The notes beneath the pieces are model-generated. The model did no database searches. It had not been told where the DNA came from and worked only from the letters and a program-made list of their open reading frames with translations. A DNA stretch of 64,000 nucleotides from the IMG/VR virus record IMGVR_UViG_3300008262_000055; one strand, given 5' to 3'. Positions 36,427 through 46,700 of the stretch are shown one piece after another (positions within the stretch are counted from its first letter, which is position 1; every line of letters begins with the position of its first letter). Position numbers and translations under genes: made by a program. This DNA is from a virus. Taxonomy: Duplodnaviria; Caudoviricetes.

Positions 36427-38996
36427 TGTCTAAATTTCTCTGCTTCAAATGTTGGAAATGCGAGATATTTATCCTCTATTTCTCCGTCTAAAGCATCTAT
36501 GATATAGCGATCTACTTCAAAGTCTAAAACTTTGAAATCAAATTGACTGTTTTTAATGTTTAGTATAATATCATCTGCTTGCCCGGGTTTAACGTAGCAC
36601 AGCGGAATCATACTTACAAATCCTGGTTCTGCAAATTGATCTTCTTGAATACTTCTCATCCATAACGGTAAGTATGACCTATCTCTATCTCCGGTCTGCT
36701 TAAGTCGCTTACGCATATTTTTAATAGAGTTTGGAAATATCCGTTGGTGATCTTCATCGCTGGCTAAGGGAATATCGCTGCTGACATTTATTCTTGTGTT
36801 ATTAATCAAAAATGGACTGTTGATAGTATCTGATAATGCTATTAAACTAGATATACTCTTTCCGTTCTTAACTAAAGGATCGACTATTTCTACATATACT
36901 ACTTCATATATTACATTTTGAGTAGATGTATCTTTGGCTACTGCTTTTTTTACACTACCAAAATTTAGTCTTTTGAAGTAATGATTTCTACTCATTGCCT
37001 GTACAAAGGTTTCGGCGTTGTTGCTTTCGATACCAGCAAACATCAGCATTTTAATTTCGTCCTGGACGCCAAACGCAGGATCGCCGTAACGATAGATTTT
37101 TTCTGGAATAAAAATAGAAAAATCTGAAATAAAATTATTCCAAACTTCTCTCTTTGATTTTTTCTGATAGGCTTTAAAATATAAGTTACTATAGACTATG
37201 TCAGCTTGTGTTTCTATTTTTATCTGAAAAGTTTTAGCACTTTCTGTATAGTTTAAGATATCTCTGGCTTCAACAATAAATGTATAGACTCTATCAAAAG
37301 ATGTTAAGTTACTGTCATATGTTGTTGAGGTATAATCTCTAGCACTGCTGCCATCCCAATTATAAAATCTAGTTATGCCTTCTACTAACTCTGTGCCTAT
37401 TTGATTAACCTTACCGTATATTTCACCTGACGGTAACAATTTTAATCCCGGAGGTAGATGTCCTGATCTTAGTTGATAAAATACATTTCCGCCGTTTATT
37501 TTAGACTGTGCTTCTACAAATAACATACTGTCTTTATTAGGACTGATAGTACCTAGCTCTCTATCTGATATCCATACAATACCGCTTTCAATTTCGCCCA
37601 ATACTCTTAGATTGAACGTTCTAGCCGTTGAAGCAGATACGCCGTTGTCGTATGTGTTTACAGCACTTACTGTAAATTTGTAATCTGTTGTTATTCTTGG
37701 TTGATAAGGTAAACTACCTACTAGTTCTCCTGTTATTGTATCGAGATCTAACCCTGGAGGAAATACACTGTCGTTGCCAAATATTATCTCAGCATCTTGA
37801 ATTACTCTTTCACCTAGACTAGGATTAAACGTAATTCCATACCTAGCAGTATATCCATCAATTTTTTCTACTTGTAAAATTGTGTAGGTTCCAAGGGAAC
37901 TGTCTAGATAATTGTAAACATTAGCAACAGCAAACTTTTGATTTCTTCTAGGTAAGCCAGTTACGCCTTTAGGGTCTGGAACTATGTCTACTTCAATATA
38001 ATCTGTTTCGTCTCTAAATATTCTAACAGATTTTCCGCTAAATTCGGGATTGATTGTTTCTGATCTATATGAAATATAACCAGGCATTGATGGCGGATTA
38101 TATACATCTAAATAAACTGTTACATAATTATTAGCACGTCTAATTCCCAGATCTGATTCAGTTAACCATATTGGTCTTCTTACATAGGTATTATCCGCTC
38201 TAAATATACCTGTGCCTACTTGCATTATAGTATTGTCAGATCTTAGGAAATCTTCGCTGACAACATAAATTTGGAAAGTTCGACGGTCTTCAAATAATCC
38301 GTCTGTGGCAACTACTGTAAATTGATAGTAGCGTGTTAATCGTCTTGGAAATCCTGTTTCGTCAAAGTAGTCAAAGGTTCTTGAATCAAAATCAAAACTG
38401 TCAAAGCCATTAATGGGTCTAGTACCTAGATCATAAGGTTCAGAATCAAATAAATTTAAATCAAAATTACCGCTGTATATCTTGTAGTCTAAGGCAAAAA
38501 TAGGATCGGTGAACCCTGTAATACGTCCGCCTCTTGATAATGTTAATCCTGGAGGAAGTTCCCCGCCGTTGTAAGGAATGTAGTATTCTATAGTGTCCCC
38601 GGCAGGCATATCGGGATCCATAGCTATTAATTGAAAATCTACTTTATCGTTGTCAAGAACAAAAAATGTTGAATTAGGACCTACTGGTAATAGGCCTCCT
38701 GTAGTTACCCATCGAGGTTCGTCGTACCCTCCTACAGATATACTAAATGTTCTATCTTTATTTTCTACACCATCGCTGGCTCGTATAACAAACCGTGAAG
38801 TAGTAGGTTTAGAAACTTCAAACGGAGTTCCTAGAATGTTATTATTTTCTAATCTAAGACCTCTAGGCAAGGATCCTGCCTGTATAGAAAAGGTCACTGG
38901 CCCTTGAGTTGATGTGGCAAGTATTGTTATATCTTGCCTATCTCTCTCATTTATGCTCCCTAGAGACCCAGGGGGTGTTATCCAAGACAGTGACAT
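36423..38996 (-). CDS. baseplate-wedge-like structural protein with Ig-like (LPPGL) repeats
   Basis: Repeated GSLPRGL, GELPPGL, FPPGL and GHLPPGL motifs; position in the structural block. Confidence 0.65.
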   Translation of the reverse strand: MSLSWITPPGSLGSINERDRQDITILATSTQGPVTFSIQAGSLPRGLRLENNNILGTPFEVSKPTTSRFVIRASDGVENKDRTFSISVGGYDEPRWVTTGGLLPVGPNSTFFVLDNDKVDFQLIAMDPDMPAGDTIEYYIPYNGGELPPGLTLSRGGRITGFTDPIFALDYKIYSGNFDLNLFDSEPYDLGTRPINGFDSFDFDSRTFDYFDETGFPRRLTRYYQFTVVATDGLFEDRRTFQIYVVSEDFLRSDNTIMQVGTGIFRADNTYVRRPIWLTESDLGIRRANNYVTVYLDVYNPPSMPGYISYRSETINPEFSGKSVRIFRDETDYIEVDIVPDPKGVTGLPRRNQKFAVANVYNYLDSSLGTYTILQVEKIDGYTARYGITFNPSLGERVIQDAEIIFGNDSVFPPGLDLDTITGELVGSLPYQPRITTDYKFTVSAVNTYDNGVSASTARTFNLRVLGEIESGIVWISDRELGTISPNKDSMLFVEAQSKINGGNVFYQLRSGHLPPGLKLLPSGEIYGKVNQIGTELVEGITRFYNWDGSSARDYTSTTYDSNLTSFDRVYTFIVEARDILNYTESAKTFQIKIETQADIVYSNLYFKAYQKKSKREVWNNFISDFSIFIPEKIYRYGDPAFGVQDEIKMLMFAGIESNNAETFVQAMSRNHYFKRLNFGSVKKAVAKDTSTQNVIYEVVYVEIVDPLVKNGKSISSLIALSDTINSPFLINNTRINVSSDIPLASDEDHQRIFPNSIKNMRKRLKQTGDRDRSYLPLWMRSIQEDQFAEPGFVSMIPLCYVKPGQADDIILNIKNSQFDFKVLDFEVDRYIIDALDGEIEDKYLAFPTFEAEKFRQ

Positions 38997-39006
38997 TCAT
39001 GATTCC

Positions 39007-40377
39007 TTAGAATGTGGCTAAAATAACAGGAGTTCTAATCCATATGTCAGCAACACCATCCCACGGTGCTATGCAGAAATAAATGTAATTGGCGTTTGCG
39101 TATATCATACCTGGCATATCACCGTTAAGACCTTTTGATGTAGCAGGAACAACATCTCTAAATGTAGCAAGCGGTGTACTAGTAGATGGATTAAAGAACC
39201 TTACAGTCTGCCCGCTTACGTTCCCTGAAGGAGTAAAAGTGCCAGTGGTTGTTACAGTACTACCTACGACGCTCTGAACTTCTAATTCTGAAGTACCACT
39301 TAGATAGAATTTAGCCCCATTTTTAATACCAGAACCAGATGTAACTGTAAAGTTAGTAGTTGAAACACCGTCGGGGATAGTAGCACTGAGCGTAGTAGTT
39401 ACTTCTACGTTACTGTTGATTCCGCCCCAAGCAGATAAGTTATCACCATCTAGTGTTAGATGTCTATCAGCAATGTTCAATCCGTTTTGGAAATAACCTG
39501 TGGTAAATCTATATTCTCTATTACCTACTCTTGAAGTGTCGTTAACCGCAGGAATAACTTCATCAACAGTTCCATTAGCATTAATACGTGATTCAACTCC
39601 ATCAACAAGCCTTGTAGAGTCATTGCCATAAACAGAGCCAAATACATCACCTAAAAGATTTGCTGGTAGTGTAATATCTCCGCTTAATCTAGTGTCAAAC
39701 AGAACATCACCTCCAGGAGTTTGTACAGCACCAATAAATGATCCAGTAACAACACCAGCTACGTTTCCGTTGACATCACCAAGAACATTACCTATAACGT
39801 TTCCAGTATGAGTTCCTGCGGTATTACCAGTGACATTAGCAAACACGGGACCAACTATTCTTCCTGATGTAGCATCAACTAATAACGTTGAATTATCTGC
39901 AAATATAGATCCAGTAACGTCTCCAGTATGATATCCCTCAGTGTTTCCATTGACAGTAGTAGCATCTACAATGTTAGCATAAACTGTATTCCATTTTTTA
40001 AGTGGAGCACCTAAGTCGTATGAATTATTTGTATCTGGAACAATATTAGAAATTATTTCTGCTTTAAATTCTACTTCGTCTGCGTCATTATTACCAAGTG
40101 TAATAGTTCCGTCTGATGTTATATTACCTGTAGCATGTATGTTACCAGTTACATCGATATCACCAGTTATGTCAATATTGCCTGTACCGGTAATGTCATT
40201 TCCGTTTAGAACAATATCATCAATAATTGTTCCGCCACTAGCTAATAGTTTTCCGCCGGCTAAGGCTCCGTCTCCTATATAGATCGCTTTTTGATCCGTG
40301 TCATAAACCAACTCTCCATTGAGTGGAGTGTAAGTTAATCTTTCAGCTGTGGTTCCTCTTTTTAATCTTAGAGCCAT
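39007..40377 (-). CDS. tail-fibre-like protein with Mtd_N-type N-terminus
   Basis: LRLKRGT...P..GEL.YDTD...IYIGDG; G-N-V-T repeats. Confidence 0.65.
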   Translation of the reverse strand: MALRLKRGTTAERLTYTPLNGELVYDTDQKAIYIGDGALAGGKLLASGGTIIDDIVLNGNDITGTGNIDITGDIDVTGNIHATGNITSDGTITLGNNDADEVEFKAEIISNIVPDTNNSYDLGAPLKKWNTVYANIVDATTVNGNTEGYHTGDVTGSIFADNSTLLVDATSGRIVGPVFANVTGNTAGTHTGNVIGNVLGDVNGNVAGVVTGSFIGAVQTPGGDVLFDTRLSGDITLPANLLGDVFGSVYGNDSTRLVDGVESRINANGTVDEVIPAVNDTSRVGNREYRFTTGYFQNGLNIADRHLTLDGDNLSAWGGINSNVEVTTTLSATIPDGVSTTNFTVTSGSGIKNGAKFYLSGTSELEVQSVVGSTVTTTGTFTPSGNVSGQTVRFFNPSTSTPLATFRDVVPATSKGLNGDMPGMIYANANYIYFCIAPWDGVADIWIRTPVILATF

Positions 40378-40390
40378 TTATAATTCTCCG

Positions 40391-41110
40391 TTAAAACGTT
40401 CCGAGATCTATTTCTAGATCGGTTGGGACTATTATAGTTCCCATGTCAAAGTCACTGTTGGAAACAAGAAATTGTAGAGCATTGTTGAATACATTTGTAT
40501 AAGTTCCAAAATCAAAAGAATACAACGCACTCACTGATTCAAAACCATTGTAGCCCCAAAGATCTCCATTAAAATTGTTAGCAGTAATGTTCCCGTTAAT
40601 TGTTATATTACCAGTACCGATAATATTATTTGTGTTTAAATCTAGATTCTGTAATAAAAGATTTCCTACAGGATCAGTATTAATTGTTATTGTTTTACCG
40701 TTAACTTCTAGATTAGTGTTAACCCCGCCTACAAAAGTTAGGGTTGTATCAGAAGTATCAGCACCAATTATTATACTAGCTTCTGGTACCGAAACTTTAG
40801 TAAAAACATTTTGTAACGGAGTAGAAATAGTAATATCGTTGGAATTTTCTGTAACTGTTATGTTAGCAGAACCTTTTATAGACCTAAATTCTAACCTATC
40901 TGACTCCGTTTCCGGAGCAATAGTTGCGTCGCCGTTAGCGTTTGATTTTCTTTTGTATACAGCAGCACCGTCGCCTAAACTGCGTCCTGCTAGAACTAAC
41001 TCGCTGTTTAACGATAAAAGGCTATTATTAACCTTTTGAAAAGCCGTGCGTAGATCGTCACCGAGCCCGTCGTTAACTAAATTTCCTATGTTTACTGTTT
41101 CTATAGCCAT
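40391..41110 (-). CDS. baseplate gp9/gp10-like structural protein
   Basis: VNIGNLVNDGLGDDLRTAFQKVN N-terminal motif. Confidence 0.65.
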   Translation of the reverse strand: MAIETVNIGNLVNDGLGDDLRTAFQKVNNSLLSLNSELVLAGRSLGDGAAVYKRKSNANGDATIAPETESDRLEFRSIKGSANITVTENSNDITISTPLQNVFTKVSVPEASIIIGADTSDTTLTFVGGVNTNLEVNGKTITINTDPVGNLLLQNLDLNTNNIIGTGNITINGNITANNFNGDLWGYNGFESVSALYSFDFGTYTNVFNNALQFLVSNSDFDMGTIIVPTDLEIDLGTF

Positions 41111-41129
41111 AATTATTGTTTCTATCTAA

Positions 41130-41136
41130 TATTTAT
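41130..41136 (-). promoter_or_regulatory. T4-late-like promoter ATAAATA
   Basis: Upstream of 41110. Confidence 0.5.
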
Positions 41137-42791
41137 CCGCGTCTTCTAATACGTAGGCGTGGATATATGTTACCTGCAGCTGGGCGTTGATCGTAACTAA
41201 CATCTGGAAAAGCTGAGCCTTGCTGTGCTCTTTCTATTGGAAAATATAGATATCTGTTTTTACTATCTCTAAGATTGGTAAAATCTCCGTAGTTTCCGTT
41301 AGTAGTTCCTATTTGCCCTGTTTTACATTTTTCAATTAGGTAATCGTATAATTCTTCAGGAGTAAAATTAGGATATCTACTCATAATACAAGCAATTACT
41401 CCTGCTACTTGCGGCCCAGACATACTAGTTCCTGATATTGAACCTAGTTTAAAAGTAGAGTTTCTTGGATCATCAGCTAAGGTAACTCCAAATTCACTGG
41501 CCGCTGTGGAATTGTAAACTGCTGATATTATATTTTGTCCAGGAGCCCATATATCTATTCTGTCACCGTAATTACTAAAATTTGTTTTATATTCTTGCGT
41601 AGAAGTACTTAATGCTCCTACACAAATAACTCCTGCGGCTGCTCCTGGGCTAGATCCATTAGAATGGTATAATACCCCGCCATTGTCTGTAATGCTATTA
41701 TTATAATCTGGATGAGTAGGGTCGTCAGTAACGTACCAATAACTATTTCCAGCCGAAGCTACGACAATGATTCCATCATCAATAGCATCAGCAATGTCTG
41801 CCTCCATAGCAGGATATCTTGCCGGAGTTCTATAAAGAAAAGTTCCTGCAGGTACAGGAACACCGTTGTTTTCTAACACAACTCTTTTGGCCGCGGTAGT
41901 TTGTCCAACTACATTAGTTGTACTGCCGCGATATGTAACTTCGTTTATACTTGAAAGTGATATACTGCCGTAGCTATAACCCCAACTGTTATTTGTGACA
42001 GTAGGATTTCTACGTCCAGTAACTGGATTAATTGGTTTACTGTTATGCCATGCTCTAAGAAAATCAAATAGGTACAACACCCAACCTTGAGGTTGACTCC
42101 AACTAGGATAATCAAATTCCATATAATAGATATTAGACTTTCTAGCCCAGCCTTGAGTATTACCTGCTGTTGTGCCTGCGGTATGTGTTCCGTGATTACT
42201 ACTAAAGGAAGCGTAGCTATATGTTCCTAAACCACTTAATCCTACTTCTGCTTGATGTTGAAACCAATCGTATTGAATAACTCTGGTACCGCCCGAGCCG
42301 TCTTCATTACGAGCAAACTCGGGATGAGCAGGATTTATATGGGCATCAATGATCACAACATCTACATGTTCACCTGCAGAATCTGTAGATATAGCAGTTT
42401 GTAATTCGTTGAATAATCCATTAGTACCCCAATCGTTAGTTTGAATCCCGTTTACAATTCTAGCTAACCCCCAATTTTTATCAGTAGATTGAATAGCTGT
42501 GCTTTTTTCAAATTTTCCAGTCTGCTTCCAGAAGGGAGTTGGCTCCATACCAAGATCTTTGGGTAATCTAGAAACTCCCGCTACACGAGGATCATTTTTT
42601 AATAAATCTGCTTCTTGGTTGGTAAGATAGTAATGAGTATTTCTGCTAATGTGTCTTCTACTGGCTACCGTTACAGATCGATCTGGAATATATAGATCGC
42701 CGCCAGGAGTTTCCATATCGTTATAGAATTGAGGCAAGTCCTCTTTATTTTTAAGAGTTACTATATATTCGTAACGATCTATTTCAGACAT
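41133..42791 (-). CDS. subtilisin-like (S8) serine protease with N-terminal prodomain
   Basis: Triad VVIID, HGTHTAG, GTSMSGP; oxyanion ASAGN. Confidence 0.9.
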   Translation of the reverse strand: MSEIDRYEYIVTLKNKEDLPQFYNDMETPGGDLYIPDRSVTVASRRHISRNTHYYLTNQEADLLKNDPRVAGVSRLPKDLGMEPTPFWKQTGKFEKSTAIQSTDKNWGLARIVNGIQTNDWGTNGLFNELQTAISTDSAGEHVDVVIIDAHINPAHPEFARNEDGSGGTRVIQYDWFQHQAEVGLSGLGTYSYASFSSNHGTHTAGTTAGNTQGWARKSNIYYMEFDYPSWSQPQGWVLYLFDFLRAWHNSKPINPVTGRRNPTVTNNSWGYSYGSISLSSINEVTYRGSTTNVVGQTTAAKRVVLENNGVPVPAGTFLYRTPARYPAMEADIADAIDDGIIVVASAGNSYWYVTDDPTHPDYNNSITDNGGVLYHSNGSSPGAAAGVICVGALSTSTQEYKTNFSNYGDRIDIWAPGQNIISAVYNSTAASEFGVTLADDPRNSTFKLGSISGTSMSGPQVAGVIACIMSRYPNFTPEELYDYLIEKCKTGQIGTTNGNYGDFTNLRDSKNRYLYFPIERAQQGSAFPDVSYDQRPAAGNIYPRLRIRRRG

Positions 42792-42792
42792 T

Positions 42793-43698
42793 TTAAACCT
42801 CTAATTTTATTAAAGATAACGTCACTGTTACAGTTCCAGTAACAGCGTCAGTATTAGTTACTCTCACATACACGTCGGTAGTAGGAACAGTTTCATCATT
42901 GAATCCAATAATACTTGGCGATATTAAAACTGGGTTGGTACCGTCAGTGATTGCTTCAGCTATAACTCCGGACCCCGGCAACGGATCGTCGGTGATTAGT
43001 CTTGAAGTATCGGCAAACCTAGCAGCCTGTGATGTATATACTCGAACCCATGCTGCTCTGTTTGTTAATATTTTTAACAATGCATAACTCTTAAATCCCA
43101 CTAAATCTAAATTTTCTGAGGCATTAGTTGCTAAACTTCCACTAGTGCCAACAGCAGTTGTTCTACTTTCCAACCCAGCACTAAGCAAATTGCCAACATC
43201 AGACAATTGATTAATGTCTGTAGGTATTTGATTATCGACGTATGTTTTTACAGCTAGTTTAGTAGCTAATGTAGAATTATCGTTGTCAACGGCAAATGTG
43301 GTATCTGTACTAATATTATCAACTAATACTCCAGAATCTAATTCTATAGAAGTAACTGATAGGACACTAGGAATAGCTGGAGTAATACCGCCAATAGTTG
43401 AACCTAATGGTAAATCTACAATACTGCCCGAAGAAGTAATTACCGCAGTCCCGATGTGTAATCCGGTTGAACTTACATAGATATTGTCCCATTTCTTACT
43501 GCTAGATCCTAGATCATGATCTTCGTCAAAATCTGGTATTAAACTCGATCCAAGAGATGTTAAGTCAACACCGGACCCACCAATACTAAGATATAACTCA
43601 GTAAAGTTATCGTTGATCTTGGCAAATATTGATTCAGTCTCTCCACCAAATTTTTCCCAAGTCAGCGGGGGTGTTATTGATATTGTTCTCTGTGCCAT
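42793..43698 (-). CDS. putative virion structural protein
   Basis: FAKINDNFTELY N-terminal motif shared with the giant protein. Confidence 0.65.
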   Translation of the reverse strand: MAQRTISITPPLTWEKFGGETESIFAKINDNFTELYLSIGGSGVDLTSLGSSLIPDFDEDHDLGSSSKKWDNIYVSSTGLHIGTAVITSSGSIVDLPLGSTIGGITPAIPSVLSVTSIELDSGVLVDNISTDTTFAVDNDNSTLATKLAVKTYVDNQIPTDINQLSDVGNLLSAGLESRTTAVGTSGSLATNASENLDLVGFKSYALLKILTNRAAWVRVYTSQAARFADTSRLITDDPLPGSGVIAEAITDGTNPVLISPSIIGFNDETVPTTDVYVRVTNTDAVTGTVTVTLSLIKLEV

Positions 43699-43700
43699 TC

Positions 43701-46700
43701 TTATAATCTCCCTACAGCAACTTCTATCAGGCCGATATAATCACTGTCATAGTTTTGTAATGCTTTTCCAATTATTGTACCAGGCTGAGCAACCTCGCCT
43801 GCCGAAATAGCAACACCTGATATTGAACTTGCAATTATTAAATCGCCTTTGTAAACTTTTCCTACTACTTTACATGGCACACGTCCCTGTAAAGCTACGC
43901 AAGATCTAGTTCCTTGTAATCCCTGGTTCATTGTGTATGCTGGGTTAGTAGTTACTACACCGGCTACTCTAGTAGTTCCTTGTTTGGTTGAAGCACGTAC
44001 TTCGGCATCGCCACCAAATTCTAAAACAGTTCCTGGTTCGTATTCTTTGTCTGAACTATACCACTCTGCTAAGTCGGCCCATGTGGCTTGGAAAGTAGCC
44101 CCAATATCTAAGGTAAATGTACCTTGTACAGTGGCAGCACTACTACCTCCACCTGCTTTTAATATCCCCCCAGAAATATTTAAAATGCCACCGCCACCTG
44201 TAGAATTATAGATTCTGTGTTCTTGAGCATAGTATTCTGTTCGTTTGTTAGCAGCACTATTGCCATCAACTAATACAATACCTAATCCACCGTTACCATT
44301 TCTTAGAACAGTTTTAAAAGCATTGTCGCCTGTACTTTCAATAGCTCTTTGTAATATAGTTGCAGTTGTACTGCCAATAGTTGCTCTAATACCCTTAGGA
44401 TTACTAATACTAGCAGTATCAGTGACTATAGTAATGTTGTCATTAGTTAAGATACCATTGGTAGTTATAAGGTTAGCTGAGAAATCACCGTTAGCATCTC
44501 TCTGTACTAGATCATTACTGCTGTTAGCAGAACCGTAGCCAATGGATGTGAAGCTGACGTCTGTAGGATCATTACTAAGGTCGGTTCGTACTATCACACC
44601 TTCTAACGGTACATCAAACTTAGATAATCCAAAACCGTCTCTTATAATAGTTCTAGCATCGATTGGTACAGGACTGCCTATTACGGAACCAGCAGTTGGT
44701 AAAGAACGTCTACCTAGTAGTTTAGTGCCGCCACCAGCATAGGTAGTTTCATCTGTAGCGTCATACACAGCAGGATCGATATAAGCAAGTTTGTCAAATG
44801 TAACACCCGTTGCTACACTGCTTGATGGTCTTAGTTGTAAGAAACCTGTGTTTGAAATTTGAAACTCTGTGGTCTTAGCACCGCTAAGAATACCGGGCTC
44901 TCTTACTTTAGCATTACCACTAAGCACACCAGTTAAGCCTGTAATAGGAATATCAAAAGTGTTTGTAGTAATGCTTACAGCCTTCCAGCGTTTGTTAATG
45001 CCTGACAGCGTTCCAGTAGTTTCGCCTAAGATCTCAATACTGTCATTTTCGCTAATACCATGTCCGTTAGCAGTAAATCTAGTAAAACCCGATGGAACTC
45101 CAGTAGTTGTATATGCTGTGATTGTAAATCCATCAGCAGCAGTATCGCGGATATAATTTAACTGAAGTTTATGTTGTAAAATTGCAGCATCGTAGTTTAT
45201 GTCGTCGTTGACTATAACGTTATCGTTGATAGTTGAAACAACAAACGGATCAGTCGGTGTTGTTGTGTTTAAAGTAAATGTTAACGCACCAGTCATTGTA
45301 GCATGACTAAACTGACTGTCAGTGCCAGTAAATGCTAATATGTCTGCTCTCTGTATAGCATAAGTTGGCGTACCTAATGCCGGTCTCCAATAGTCTGGAC
45401 CATCTTCTACGTTACCTAGCTTCATGAAGAACTTAGGCACAGCTTCTGTGTCACCTACAGCTCCTCTTCTTGGAGCAGGTAAGTTACGTAGAGTGTTACC
45501 GTCCATTTCGATAGTACCTTTAACTGCCAGTGAACCATCTAAAGCTAGATAACCTGGACCTCTTAGACCGTCTGTAACTCTAACACCAAAGTGATTTAAT
45601 CCTAATCGCTTGTCAATATAACTTCGAATAGCATATTCAGTTGGAACAGCCTGTGGGTCAGCCGCACCTTCGCCGCCCATAGTAATGTCGTTGGTAAATT
45701 CAAAAATTTCATTACCAGAGCGTAACTTGAGAGAGTCAATACCTTTCAAGTCGATCTTAGCATCAAGCGTAAGTTTACCAGTACCTTGGTCAACAGCAAA
45801 GAAGTCACCAACTTTAAAGTTACCGTTTTGGTCAGTACTTACATAGAATACACGACCTGTAGTTACTTCAACTACCTGTGCTTCAACGTCCGGCTCGTTA
45901 GCTGGCTCACCAAAGATATTACTTGGATAGTTAGTATCAGCATAAGAACCAGTACCAATGTCTAAGAAGTCATGACCAGTGGCTCGCATGGTTGAAATGT
46001 TAACAGTAACAGTACCTGTAGCACCTGCTCTAATACCTGCGTCAAACGATACATTTGTACCGTTGGTTTCTAATGGAGAATATGTTAATCCACCTAACAC
46101 TGTTAGGCTAGTAGCAACTCCTAGAGAACTAGAATTTACACCTAGAGTTAAATCTTCATCACTGTAAAGCTGAAGTTCCATCCTCACTGCTTTGGCTACA
46201 CCTCTTGAAATAATAGCTTCTGTAATATCTCCGCTGCCGCCTACATCATTTACTGTAATAATAATATCGTTGGTAGGAGTAGCACCACCTAGGCTAGTAC
46301 CTAAGATTCTTATAGTGTCTCCAATTTCATAGCCTGTGCCTGCCACACTAACTTGTATATTTTCGTAAACAATACTGTTAGTTCTTGTGATAATAAATGT
46401 AGCACCAACACCGCCACCAGTAGCAGGCACTACATTAGTACCTCCAATAGGTCCGTGATTAACATTGCTTACAACATTCTTAACATAATAATTAGAGCTA
46501 TTAATTTTAACTCTTCTGCCATCGGATAAGTTATGATCTGCTGTTAAGGCTAATTGAGCAGGTGAAGAACCTGTGACTGTAAAACTATATGTTCTAGAAC
46601 TTTCAATTAATGGTTGAGTAACATTTCTAAAGGTAATGATACCAAATATATTATTTGGGTCTAGATTATTAACTTCATAATCTGTGATTTCATACATAGA

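Noticed and set aside
39007-40377. Mtd_N-like N-terminus suggesting a diversity-generating retroelement
   Set aside because: No reverse transcriptase and no adenine-specific TR/VR pair seen in the window.
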